NCBI GenBank assembly: GCA_037379345.1
Contig: CM074514.1
Span: forward strand, 6,014,001 to 6,078,000
DNA from: Perna viridis
Taxonomy: Eukaryota
Reading direction: 5' to 3'
DNA length: 64,000 bases
The first letter of the stretch is position 1. Each line of letters begins with the position of its first letter. Below the pieces are notes generated by a model, which was not told where the DNA came from, did not search any database, and saw nothing but the letters and a program-made list of their open reading frames with translations. Of this stretch, positions 37,601-52,600 are shown piece after piece. The position numbers and the translations under genes are program-made.

Positions 37601-40600
37601 TATATTCCTATTTTCTAGGGAAAGTGAAATTTTTCATGAAGAATTCATTTCATTATAGACATAATAAGTAATTTAATAAGGTTTTTTTCTCCAGCCTCTT
37701 ATATACAATAATGCTAGTATCTATGTTAAAACAGTCATTTATACACTGTAGTGACAGTTAACAACCATTACAGACGTTGAACACAAGTAATAAAACTTCC
37801 ATCTGTACAGTTATGGCAGTGTTTTGAATACAAAAAATACATGTATATGTTGTTGAAGGAATGATTTCAAGTCTTTCAAATAATTAACTATAGTTGATCA
37901 TACCAACCTGACTTGAGATTAAATGTCCTCCCCTTCACTAAGTCCTTGGGTGGGGGTGACCACCAATTTAACAATGAACCAACCAGGGGAACTTGTCTTA
38001 AAACGCCCTGGGGAATAAAATAAGATATATAATAACCTACTTAACTTAGTTATCATCGACTTATTTTTAATGCTTAATAATTGATATACTTTATTGCTGC
38101 GATAACAATACATAGTCCCCTACCAGGTGCAATATAAAAAAGAAAAGATTTTAACTGTGTAAATTATTGTTTAAATTTGGATTGTGATTTTTAAAAAATG
38201 TTTGACACAGCAAATCAAAATGACAGTGGTGAACAAACTTTAAAATTTTCAATAAGACATGAAAAATAAGTAATTTCTATGAAGTTGAGGAATTTGCTTT
38301 AAATATTTCTGACCCTTTAATTCCTAAAATGTGAGAGGCATAACCCTTTCAAATAACAAAACCTTTCTGTAATAGTAGTATGTAACCTAGTGGTACAGTT
38401 GCATTGAGATCCATTCATTTTCACTAAAGTTATTGCCTGGGAACAAAGAAAATGTTTTAGGCCCCTTTTGTTTATGATCATCATCCCCAAAATCAATCCA
38501 GTCTTATTTCTATTTGCATTGAACCTTCTGATATAATACAGAAATCAATATCATATACTCAAGAACTAAAGTAAAGTTATATATAAATGCCTGCTTCTGG
38601 CCCCTATACATAATTATTTAGGATTTTTACCCTAAAAATCATTCAAAATCTCTATTTTTTGTAGTATGGAACCATATGTTACAAGATAATAGAGATCCAT
38701 GCACTTTACTGCATGCTATAGTGAGGAAATCTGAAAAAAAATATGTCCCTTTTTGGCCCCTGATTCCCAACTGGTAAGAACCATAGCCTCTAATATTAAT
38801 ATCAGCCCCCCAAAATAAACAGAAAGATTATCAAATTATATGTTCATTTATAAACAATATGATATAAATATGTTTTTACCTCTTGTTGTAATTTATCCTG
38901 TGATTCTTTCTCCAAGTCTTTGTTGGCTATCTCAATTCCTTGTTTAATCAAATCTGCCAGAGCTTCAAAATACTGAAACACATTAAAGAATCTTTATGGA
39001 GTATGATGTATGCAGTGTTAATATAAAACATGAGGTATACAAATATTAGAAGTGAAACTATTAATTGTTAATAGATGAAAATGATAACAGACACCAAGTG
39101 AGCTCAAAAGTAAGAGCACCCATGTGCATGTTTTATCATTCGTTTAGTATAAAAGACCCAATTTAAAAAAGATACCTCAAGGTTAGTTATACTCAAATTA
39201 AGTTTTAACCCAGTAGTTTCAGAGGTAAAAAGAACTGTAATTGTAAACAAGAAAAAAATAAATTTGAGTTTGCTTTAATTGCATTCTTCTGAAAGCACCA
39301 GACAAATTGCAATAATAGGCTGGAAGGGCATACCAAGTTATTGGCCTATTCTTAGCTACTTCGTCCCCTGCTGTTAAAAAAATATTTAGACTTAATTTTA
39401 CTTAAACATTGTTAAGAGTTGCCATGTCAATGGGTCAGGCTGAAAAAAGGTCAGATTGATGGGTACTTTTTATGAAAGAAAAAAAACATGTCTCTTAAAA
39501 TTAACCTACAAATAATTGTGAAGCAGAAAAAAGACTAATAGTAAAATATTCTTCTAAAAAAATAGTGTTTTTTTTTAGTTTTGACTCCATAAGAGCGAAT
39601 TTCAGGAACCTATGTAATATTCTTGTGCAGACAGAAAGAAAAAAATTGCATAAACATGCTTATTACCTTTGAAGATTCTTCAATTTCTTTTCCACATTTA
39701 AGAACATGATCTATTAATTCTTCTACATCTGTATCATCAGTAATCAATCCAAACTTAACACAAGCCAATTCATTCTCTAACCGACCTATAACAAAGCGAT
39801 AACATCGTAACTGTACATCCGCCCTATACTCTACAATTCATTTGTTTGAATTGTCTAACCGACCATATAACAAAGTGATAACATTGTAACTGTACATCTG
39901 CCCTATACTCTGAAATTCATTTGTTTGAATTGTCTAACCGACCTAGAACAAAGCGATAACATCGTAACTGTATATCTGCCCTATACTCTACAATTCATTT
40001 GTTTGAATTGTCTAACCGACCATATAACAAAGCGATAACATTGTAACTGTACATCTGCCCTATACTCTGAAATTCATTTGTTTGAATTGTCTAACCGACC
40101 TAGAACAAAGCGATAACATCGTAACTGTATATCTGCCCTATACTCTAAAATTCATTTGTTTGAATTGTCTAACAGACCTATAACAAAGCGATAACATCAT
40201 AATTGTACATCAGACCTTTTGTCTGAATTGTTGAAATTTCAACCCTAAAGTTATTGCTCTTTGACAATATGTATTAATAATTGATCTTTAAAGAAATCAT
40301 AAACAACCTGATGTAGTAGTGACTTCTCACTTGGCAAGCATGATAATTGTTTGTCTGAGTACTTATACAAATGAAACCCAACCTCTGTAAAAAGTTTCAT
40401 CAAAGTCAGTTGAACAGTTAAAATAGAGTTGTTCATACCAAGTACATAGATTAACAGACAAAATAGATAGATAGGTATAGTTTTGCTATAAACCCCTAAA
40501 TACTTAGTCTGCGGTGAGAGGGTAATTACCCAATACTTTGTCTGCAGTGAGAGGGTAATTATCCAATACTTAGTCTGCGGTGAGAGGGTAATTACCCAAT

Positions 40601-43600
40601 ACTTTGTCCGCAGTGAGAGGGTAATTACACGATACTTTGTCAGCAGTGAGACGGTATTTTCCCAATACTTTGTCTGCAGTGAGAGTGTAATTACCGAATA
40701 CTTTGTCTGCGGTGAGAGGGTAATTACCTGATACTTTGTCTGCAGTAAGAGGGTAATTACCTGATACTTTGTCAGCAGTGAGAAGGGAATTTCCCGATAC
40801 TTTGTCTGCGGTTAGAGGGTAATCACCCAATACTTTGTCTGCAGTGAGAGAGCATAACTACATTGTCTACTTTTATTTCTAATAACAACATACCAAGAGA
40901 AAATGCAGTATCTGTTGCCTTCAGTTTCTTCACTAATTCTACATTAACAGTGTTAATCTCATGTTTATTCTTTGTAGACAAATGTTCAGTATGATCAACA
41001 CAAGACTCTGGTAGATATCTATAAAACAGTATGTTAGAGATATTGATTAATCTAGAGGACCCAAGCAGCTTGGCAAAAATGTGGGCACTGCTAGAAATAT
41101 AGGGTCAGTGAAATAAAAACACCTAAACACTCACACAATCTTATTGAAAGATATCTACTGAAACATATTTCTGGCAATCATACAGCAATTACTTTTGTTT
41201 TGATGAAGAGACTCATCGAAAGCCCTGGAGATGCCACTGCCAAAACGAAAACATGAACAACTGACATATTTCCAACACCATAAGTTCAGATTTTAGTTGT
41301 ATTGTCAGTGTTTCAGTGAGAAATCTTTTTCAGTGGTATATGAATTAAATAAAAGTCTCCTCATTCTTTGTAACTATACACAAACTTTATTTTCAAGCAA
41401 AAAAAACAGAAACCAGAAAAAATGTGTCTAAAGACATGGTAGCCCTGTCATTTCTAATTCTCGCAGTGAATAAAAGAACAGTGTTCCAATGTCCTCCGCA
41501 TACAAAGAATTTTGTAAGTCCAAGGGCCGTAACTTCCGTAAAAATCATTCAAACTCAAAGTGTAATTTCTCCTAGTAAGTCACATACAAACGATAAAATC
41601 AATTGGTAAAAGCATTACAAAAAACGTGTGGAAAACCTTAAATTCACTGAAATTTTCTAAGTCCAACGGCTGTAACTTCTGTAAAAATCATTCAACCATA
41701 AGCAAAGTCGAACATAATTTGTAACTCTCCATACACAGGCAAAAACATGAGAATCATATGGTTTGCATCTATGATTATCATATAAATCGAGCACCGTATG
41801 ATAATCATATGTTTCGGTATACAATTGATTATCGCATGATTATCATATGATAATCATATGTTTTTTTCACAAACATATGACTGTCATATGTTTTTAAGCC
41901 AAAATTACCATATGAATCAACACCATATGATTATCATAAGAGCATTACAAAAAAATTGTGGAAAACCTGGACAGACGGACACCCAGCATTTCCATGTCCC
42001 CTCGTGTCACGTTGTGGGGACAAAAAGATTATTTTGAAGGGAAATACAATGACCTGACTGTGAGATGACAATTTTCATTGCACCAATTTTCATTGCACCA
42101 ATTTTCATTGCACCAGAATTCCAATGTCCTAATGATGCACTCTAGACTGAACACTAGGTAAATGACAGCATAACATGTGACTGACTCAGTGAAGATGTTA
42201 TATTCGACTACAACAATGTAGGAAGGTCTTACATTGAAATCATTAATATGACTTGTTACAATAACATAACTATATAGGTAATGTGAAAAACTAAGTGTTA
42301 ATGATTAGACATGAACTTACTGTACTACACCTAATCCTGCCCATTTTGGCATTTCTATCAACTTGAAGTTCTTGTGCTTAGTCACAAGGGCTTTAAATTT
42401 ATCTCTCTGTGCTACTGTAGCATCTAATATGTTCTGGATAATAATTGTTAGACATATTATTCAGTTTGACTGTTTTTTGACCATATATATCAAACATATT
42501 TACAATATTTTGTATTTTCTATGTTTATTGATGAGTTTATTCAATAATAACTTCTTACTATGTAAATATTAACATCTAATAATAATAGAAATTCTGATCT
42601 TTCTACCATACTTCATCTTACTATTTGGAAGTCTCATCAAATTTATAAAGTTAAAGGTTTAAGCAATAAATCACCTACTGTTTGCTCCTTTAGTTTTGTT
42701 ATGGCTACCTCTATATCTTCAGGTTTAATATTCCTGACTGCAAAGATCATTATAAAATTATTAATAAATTTAGAATAACCAGACTGAAACAAACTGTTCC
42801 AGCTCAATAGGACAACAGAAGCCAAACCCTGAATACCTGAGTATATCATAGACAGTATAATTAAAAAATACTGATAAAACAATAATTTGAAATTTTGATT
42901 GTGATAAATGACACAGCAAAGGTTACTGACGCAGAACGATTGTGGTCAAAGAACTTTAAAATTGGAAATTTGACATTTACCAACTACAACCCAAGATCAT
43001 TATCCAAATACACCATTATAATTTTGGGATTGTCTAAAAGGCTATAAAGACAATACAACATAAACTGATTAAAAATCCGTAAACTTCTGTGCAAAACTTT
43101 TCAGCATTATTTATAGAAAAGTTTTATCAAGCATAAAAAAAATCCTGTAACATACCTTGAGCACATTCCAGGGGAGCAAAACGTATACAGATTCCTTCTT
43201 TTTCTAATTTTACAATCTGGAAATTCAATTTAGGACATTCCATTTGTAAAGTTTCTCCAAGCTGAAAAAAAAACAAAAATCATAAACTGACTTCAGCAGT
43301 TCCAGTAATGAAAATGTATTATTATATATTCTAACATGACATGCTTCAGATCTCTATAGACTACATCAATGGCCAACACATGGTAAAACAATAATAAAAT
43401 GAAGTTGCCAAGATTTATTTCTTTAACAAGCTGAATGTGGTCATAAAGAAAAATAAGTACCAAACATATCCCAAATGAAAAAAAAAACAGATAACAGGTT
43501 AGACATCACACCACACCATACGTTAATAATAAGCACTGCATCCACTATCAGGGTTCATACACCTTTTTTGCTCCAATTTTCCAGGATTTTTCCAGGACTT

Positions 43601-46600
43601 TTCAAAGGATTTTTTTTAATATTCCATACCAAAAACCAAAAAACAATTGTGCATCTTTTTATAAGTTTATCAATTTTTGTAAGCATACATTGTATTTATA
43701 TATATCAAATGTTTTGAACACATTTATTAAGTTGGTATGTGTTACCATGACTTCTAACAGGAGCAAAATCTAAGCTTCTGCTTGGACCTATAAAAAACCT
43801 AGCACTAATTTTCAGTGTTCTAGGATTTTTTAGAAATTGAGGTTTCCTCAGGAAAAATCCATATAAAATCAACTTTCCCACAGTCAACGACTGCTTTCCT
43901 AACAAAACAAATCCTTACAGCATATGAAGTTTTCAACTTGCCACGGGAAAGTGTAACTAAGTACCTATCTTTCCCTGACCCAAATTTCACTTGCCCCAGG
44001 TAATGGGAAAAAGGAATCCTAGAACACTGATTTTGTGAATACTTCAGCCCTTCAATATGTTTTAGCCAAAGTACCTGATGAGAGCTTTAGGTTCGAAACA
44101 TGTGTCCAACTTGACGGAATTTTGTTAACCTCGATATCTTTAATGACTGTATTTTGTTTTATAAGGTCATAATGTTTTGACATCTGGTTCCCTTTATGAC
44201 ATTCACAAATGGAAACCAGTCCCTGAACACTTACAGATTATTCCCCCTTGACTTACCTTCCCGAACGTGAGATTATGAAGATTGTAGATTGCTTATTTCA
44301 ATACTTAATAAAACAATATGTCACTTGAATAAAATTCAATGATTTTTCAAGGACTCTTGGCAAAGATACAGGATTTAATGACTTTTCAAGGCCTTTAATT
44401 TTCAAAATGAAATTCCATGACATTTCAAGGATTCAAGGACCCTGCACTATGTAGAGAAGGCATTCAGATGTTTTATCTAGGTTTGGGGTATGTTCAATAA
44501 TTATCAAAATCTTACCCCAAAAATGTGAGAAATTCAAATCAACTAGAAAATATCATAATTCAAGACAGAAAGACAAATATGGAATAGAAAGACACATGAA
44601 CTACAGCCTCAGTTTTGTTGAAGCAAGTGAATAATAACACATTTTACCCATAAATTAAGAGCATCAAAATATACTGCTGAGTTATCATGTTCCTGTTCCT
44701 CTATATCATCCAATTTATTGGAGCTGTATGGAGCTATCTGTACACCTGCAATTAAAAAGGGTTTATAGACATAACTACAATAGTTGTAAGATAGACAAGC
44801 TGAGAAAGAAATGAAATATCAGTTAACAGATTCCTTTAATATCACCAACATATTTTTGTAGTTGACTTTATTTCGTTTAGTCTGTATATATTTATTACTG
44901 TTAGAAAAGAAAAGTACTCTATGACATTGAGTATACTGTAAACTTATTAATTTTCACATATTCTGTCAAATTTTCGGGGTTTCAAAAAAAAATTTATTAT
45001 TGCTATATAGTGTCAAAATCCATTTCGTGGCTTTTTGTCCAACAGGAAAGTAGGGAGATCACAGTTTACATTATTCAGACCAAGGGTTCGGAAACGGTCA
45101 AAATTGCCAGTCATTGACCGACAAATTTTGCAAATGACCAATGACCATTTTCCAAAATCAGACAAAAAAAAATTGTCAACCATTATAAAAAAAAACAGTC
45201 TGTGTGGTGTTATTAGTGTATAAACATCCTGTCTGTCTACCGGAAGTTTTTGCCTGTTTGCCTATGTGATGAAAAAGTCCCAGAGATACGATATTTTGTT
45301 TACATGTTAGAACATCCATGTGTGGTCGAAACTGAACTCATTCACTCGTTCTGATGTTTTGTAAAAGACAGAGTATGTGATGAAAGAAATCAAATTCCAA
45401 TATTTATCTTAAAATAACTAAATAAAAAAGTTTTTTTTTAAAGTTTATTTTCGATCTGAGCATATAAAAGACTGACACAAACGTCTGCTGAAGTTTGATG
45501 AAATGAGCAGCATGTGCTGTCAAAATTTGCGGACCCTTGATTCAGACCAACAAGTATGATATAATGAAATGCTACTCACTACACTGTGATGTATCTTCAC
45601 CATACTGGAACACAATATTGGGGGTCACTATTTCAAACACAACCTAAAATACAAGATATCAATAAATATTCCAAACTACATCAAATGAATACAAAATACA
45701 TATATATATAAACAGTTCTTCAAAAAATAGATGAAGAGTCATTTTTACTTACTATCACAACTGAGAAGTCACCCTACATTAGCGTGTATCAAGTCCCATT
45801 ATTCAAAAATATAAATTAAAAATACAAAATTCATATCAATTTAAATCAATAAAAAAAACACTACTATTCACTACTAACAATGAGCATGTGATAAAAACAA
45901 AACACTTCAGAATGTTTAACTAACCAGAGCAGATATGACTTTAAATATCATGTCTTTTATTCCTGCAGCTTCCTCTTCAGTCTTCTTTTCAACACTCTAT
46001 AATTAGACGATCAATCAAACAGAATTAATTAGTTGCAGTTGCAATATCACAAAAAAAATGTCAAAGGTTTACTATAAGTGAATATACAATGTTCTTATAA
46101 AAGCTGAAAGTAACTGAACATTAATGTCTCTACTTTTCCTTGTATATGAAGATTAGCAGGTATCCTCTTGTTTATTGATTTACTATGAAGAATAGAAGGT
46201 ACCCTCTTGTTTATTGATTTATTTGTTATGACTGCTTTTGTTGTTGTCTACTGGATATTTCCTTTAAATCATCAGTTCTTCATGAATAAATTAGAAAAAA
46301 TGTGAGCAATACTCACTAACTTGATACCCTCCTAAACTGATAACATACACCTTTTGACCTCAATTTGATTCGGATCTAAATTTAAAATATGAGGTGCACA
46401 ATGGGAACATGTAAAAAAGATTCTGTGAAAGTTTCATTCAATTCCATTTGATCATGTAGGAGGAGTAACGGATAAGAGATGGGTATCCCCATATGCAACA
46501 GAATGAAGGAAGGACACTCCTTTTACAATATAGCCACCACTTTGCAAGCGGGTGGGGAGCATGATAAAATGCTTTATAGGGTGCAGCTTGATACAAACAT

Positions 46601-49600
46601 GGAGGTTGAACCCAGAACAGTTTAGACTAATATGAATACACAATTCAAGCTTGATGCAGCTCCAAATTTTGATTGAAATTTAAATATTTTACACAGGATA
46701 ACAATTTGACCGCAAAAAAAGTTAAATCTTTTTGGCCCCTTATTCATAAATGGTTTCATACACAACCCCCTAAATCAATCCCAGGCTTCCTTTTTGGGGT
46801 ATGGCACTTAATGGTACAATTTAAAAAGAGATTCACTCACTTGTAGCCAAATTATTATTATTGTATGACCCCATTTTAACTACTTCCGAAACAGCTCTGG
46901 TCACAACTGCAGCACAATCCCATCTTTCCTTTTGAGGTATGGCACCTTGTGGTACATTTTTAAAGACATACATTCACTAATAGTCAAGTTGCTGTCAGGA
47001 CATAATGACAATGCTTGTTTCTGGTCACTTTTCTGTCCCTTATACCTTAAAGGTTTGTACCATAAATCAACCCCAGCCTTCATTTTGTGCTACAGACCTT
47101 GTAGTACAATATCATAAAGATCTAAAAACTGATACTCAAGTTACTGAATGGGCATAAAATGTTTACTGACAATGAAGACAACAAAGACAGATGATACCAT
47201 TACACAACCACAATTTTTGTTGCAGTCATATAACAAATCTTGATAAAGCCATTAACGGACTGTGTAAAAAAACTATATAACAGTCTATAAAATAATAACT
47301 TACATATTGCTTAATGGTAGATATTTTATCTATTCCATTGTATAAAGCTTCAGCCTATAAATAAACAATATCAAGATACCAGGTTTGTCATTAAAAATGA
47401 AGAAACAATAAGAAGTTATTACAAAGTTCACTAGACCCTAAACACAAAATCATATCTGGAAAAAAAATTACTTGTAAACATTCTAAAAATCTCATTTCTT
47501 TTTAACATTTGCTTGAATGCAAATTCTGGACATACCCATGAAATGCACATGAGTCTACAACAAAGTTAATCAGTTTTTTAATTAAACAGGCTGTTTGTAA
47601 ATTTAGCACTGAGGGAAAGGAAATAGTCTGGTAGACCTTATGTATATGACTAACATTCAATAAATGAAATTCATTTAAATAAATTATAAATACATTTCAG
47701 AGGGTATGATCAAAATGACAGAAATTCTTCAATACCAATTCACAAGATGTTCTAATCCTCTCTACAATGCCATCATGTCCCAGACTCTGAAGACAAATCC
47801 ATAAGGGGAGACAATTCAGCTTAAGCTGAGAGTTGAATGTATTTAAACCTGCAGCTATCACAAGAGCTGGATCATTAGACTTATATAATGTCTTTAAAAA
47901 GTTAAGGAAAGTTAAAAACAGCGATTAAAAAAAACAATTAAAATATATATTGATACATTTGGTTTATTTTCATTTAATTTAATCTAAAATTAAATGAAAA
48001 TATAATGAAAGTATAAAAATGAAAGAACCTTACTGAGCACACTCAAATACCCCACACACTCCTAATACTGAATATTTAGTAAGAGAAAAAAGTCAATCAC
48101 ATCCATGTTTTCATGGTCAACAACCAAAAAATGTCAATAAAGGATACAGAATGAGGAAGTCCAGGTATTCCCAACCATTTACCAATATCTACAGTCATAC
48201 TGTCACCACACTTAGCATTCTGTAGAGATGTTGGTACAGAGAACATTGTCAGTGTAGCCAAACTATTCCTAAAAATTAAAATTGTCAATAAAAAAAATGA
48301 GTAAAAAGGCATTTTGTATTGATCTAGAAAAGTGGCAACATTAAAAAAATGAACACAGAATTGTTTAAAACTTATTAACTAAGCAGTAAAAATTTTGTGC
48401 TGAGAAAATGAGCCTGACACTTTCATACTTTAAAGGTTCTAGGTTGCATCATGCATGAAGTTGGGTTTCTGTAGGGCTGAATGTAAGGAAACATACAACT
48501 GATCAGATAAATGGCCAAAAGCAAAATCATTTTGTTTAATTATACCTGCCAAAAAATGTGACCAAAACATTTGTTGACATTCAAATATTTGAATAATGAA
48601 TGAAGAGACAAACTGAATGTCCATAAGAGTTTAAGTAAAATTATGACCACAATCAGGATTTTGTAGAACTGTGTTAGATTAGCTTAAGTTTCTTACCCTT
48701 CAACATGTAACCAGATAGAATTGGTTTTACATATCTGCTGTAGTTCATCTAAATTATCTACCTGACCAGTCAATGGAGTTCCTGAAATCAATTTGATAAA
48801 ATACTACTTCATGTTTTCCTGAATCTATTGATTCACACCCGGATAACATTTACTTATAAAATATTGGTGGATTGTACAAAAATGTAGACTTATCAGCATT
48901 TGTATCACATATCTATACTGATATATCTTTAGTTCTCAGTAACTTGACTATATACAACTCTGGCATGTACTTTCAATCAAGTGAAGTCCAGATTCATAGG
49001 GCCATATTGCCTAGCTATACAACCAGCATCATTCAACTTTATACTGATGATATATGAATTTATGCATCAAATATCACCGATCAACCTGTAGTCAACTTTG
49101 GTAATTACCACAACCAGTTGAAAAGCAAAATTCTACTAGCACAAATATTTGGGATCTTACCTGCAAAACAGACAAGCATCACTGGAGTTTTTGCAGCAGC
49201 AATATCATCTTTGATCAGCTCCTTCAGGACATCAATGTTCTGCAAATACAGAGAAAACTTAATCAAACAAGCTTTAAAATACAAAAAGTAAAAGGTTGAG
49301 TAAACTGACTGTAAAAAACTGGATAAATATCTTGAACATACATTAATCAGTATTGGAATATTAAGTAATAATGGTTGTAACCACGTATATTTCAAACATA
49401 ATTATTTTTTTGTAAATTAAAGATTAGTATTAAGTTCTTATTCAGTCATTTAAAAATGTATGTCGTTTTTGTTCAACATGAAAAAATTTCTTCAGTAATA
49501 CACTGTTTACAGAAAATTGAGGTGAATGATTAAAAAATTCTGCTTAGTAGTTCAGTACATAGTGACTTTCACCTACCATTCTGCCAACAGCTCCATTCAT

Positions 49601-52600
49601 AGTAATTACTGGTACAGTGCAGATACACGATAAAGGTAAACCAAGCTGAAATGACCAAATTTATACAGAACTAATATTATAACATGGCTTTACACCTTTA
49701 TTCTTTATTTCTCCAAAACCAAAATACAATGGTACAGAGAATATAAACACAGAAATTTATGGAAATACAAAATAAACAAATACGACGGTAATACAGAGGT
49801 ATCAGCATTTGTTAAATTAACAAACAACTATACCAGGAGATTACATTTTTGAGTTAATAATACCTATAAATTTGCAGAGATTGTTTAAATCAGCAATGTT
49901 TCTATTATTCATTAATTCATTGAACTTAATATTGTTTCGTCTGTCTCTAAATATCTTGAGATAACGACCAAGCTCTTTGTAAAAATTAAATGAAACCATT
50001 GTCATACATATTTGTATTTACCACAGACATACCAAACACTTTGTTATTCATTTGACTTTGGATTGTTATTCTTATCTTTGCTTGGCATCATAATTTTGTA
50101 AGTAGCTTTGGTTGAATGACCTTTTAATTGCATAGAAACTCAAAAGAAAAAAAACTTTTCCAATCTCATCAATGTAAAAAAATTCTCTTATTTGCATATT
50201 ATACCGTATAGCGGTTATTTTCGCGGTGGTTTTATTTTCGCTTATTTTCGCGGTGCGACGGAAATCGCGAAAATAAATCCCGCGAAAATATCCATCTATC
50301 GGAATACATATTTTCAACTAAATAGCAAGGGGACTTTCCATATTTCCTAACGGTAGACGGATCAATATGTATTTAAATTGTGAATACTTTTTAAGATCGA
50401 TCAACCCCGACATTCTAGTCCGACGTCATGAATGAATCTCACTACATTTCACACAAAATAGTATTACGACAGGAATGCTAAGTAAAAGTTGAAAATGAGC
50501 ATCTTAAATTTTTTCAAGCCGAAAACCTTTGTGCCTTCTGAAAAATCAGAATTGGCTGATGTAGTGGGTCCAAGTGCTTTGAAAGAAGCAAATGAGCGTG
50601 TGATTGAAATCATATATCAAAATAGTCTTTGTTCCAGCTTGCTGTACTGACAGACTGCAGCCCATGGATGTTAGTGTACAGAAGGCTGTAAAAAATCACA
50701 TGCGTGGTTCTTTCGAACAATGGTACTCAAATGAAATCGTCAAACCATTAGATAAAAAGGAACAAATAGACGAGGAAATCATTAATCCTATGGATTTGTC
50801 ACTTAGCAGATTAAAACCGCTTTCCGCAAAATGGCTGGTTAAGATGTTTCAACATATCAAAAACAATCCGGAGATTGTCCGAAGTGGATTCCGAGAAACC
50901 GGAATTAATGTTGTCTTGGGTGACCTTCTCGAGGACGAAATACCACTTGCTAGGATGTCACGCTCAAAATGATTTGATTTTATTTTAATACCGTATTATC
51001 TGTATATGTTTTATTCTGACTTTGTCTTTCTTGTCATTCAATAAAATATTTTATCTTTTAGTGTTTCGTACTTAAAACAATTTCCTTTTAGTACTGAACA
51101 TTTCCGTTTTTGCAATGATGCATCTTTTTTTTATTTCCTACAAAAATGAAACAAAAATATATGTACACAACACACTTACCGCGAAAATATTTTGTTGCAA
51201 ATTCACGAACCGCGAAAATTTTTTACACACTTTTTGATACAGAAACCGCGAAAATTTACCCCCGCAAAAATAACCCGCTATACGGTAAGACTAGAAATAA
51301 GGAAATTCCTTTTAATTGCATAAATATTTTTTTTTCTTCAAAATTTACTATTTATCTTTATTCTCATAAATAAATTGATATAGAGAAAATAAACAAATAC
51401 AATTTGAGACGCAAGAAAAAAAACACACACACAGACAAATTGCAAAAAAAAAAATGCACATAATATTTACACAAAAATATTTACATAAAACAATGTATGT
51501 TAGTGAAATACCTTAGTTTTTTAAAGGACTTAGTTTTTACAACAATATATTCTCTTTCTTGTAACTAGACACTATGACAGAAATGTTATTAGACATTATA
51601 ACAGAATATGTCCCACTTCAATATTGAAAGTATTAAGTATTTTCTCTTTCTGTTAATTGCATATTCCTGTTAATTGCAGATTTTTTTCTGACAAATAGGC
51701 TATGCAATTAATAGGAATCCACTATACTGCATTTAATGCTTAAAGAATGATTATTTAGTCAACCAAATGAGAGGATATTATAAAACATTTTATATTTTAT
51801 AAGGCACTAAATAATGTTTCACTGGGTGCAGCTTGATACAACTGCAGATGTTGAACCCTGAATATTGACACACAATTCAAGCTTTATGTAACCTTAAATT
51901 TTGATTGAGATTAACATTTGCCACAAGAAAAAAATTTGCACAGAATCAAAGTAGACCCTTTTTTAATTCTAATTCCTAAATTGTTTGTCCAGCTACATTT
52001 TCAAAAATCAATCCCAACCTTTCTTTTGAATTTTGGCACCTTGTGGTACAATTTGAAAAAAAAATTATCATCTAAAAATCAGGAAATGCTTGTTTCTGGC
52101 CCTTTTCAGCCAAGCCTTTCTTTGCTGGTATGGCACTATACAGAACAATTTGAAAGAGATACATTTATTTATAGCCATATTATTGTAAGGACATCGGAAA
52201 AAATGCATGCAATTCCTTTTTGGTCATCATTCTTCAATAGAACAAGTCTTAACCCCACAACCCTTGTCTGACCTCTGTCCTCGTACCTCAACAGAACAAG
52301 TCCAAATCCCACAACCTTAGCCTGACCTTTGTCTTTATTCCTCAATAGAACAAGTCCTAAACCCACAAATAAACCCTAGTCTGACCTTTGTGGTATAAAA
52401 TATTGCAGAACAATATTGATTTTTCTGAAGTTATATACAAGTACACTGTAGTTAAATTCTATGACATGCTTGTTTTTGGTACTATTTCCAAAACGATTGG
52501 GACTATAACCCCAGTAAAATTTTATAAAGATCAACCAACTTATATACAAGTTATCACACAAAAACCAACTGTCTACAGACTATCAAGACACAGACGATGA

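Noticed and set aside
40570-40830. ORF (GNYPLTADKVS)n
   Set aside because: Translation of a 33-bp minisatellite; PDXDC1 exons 18 and 19 join in frame without it.
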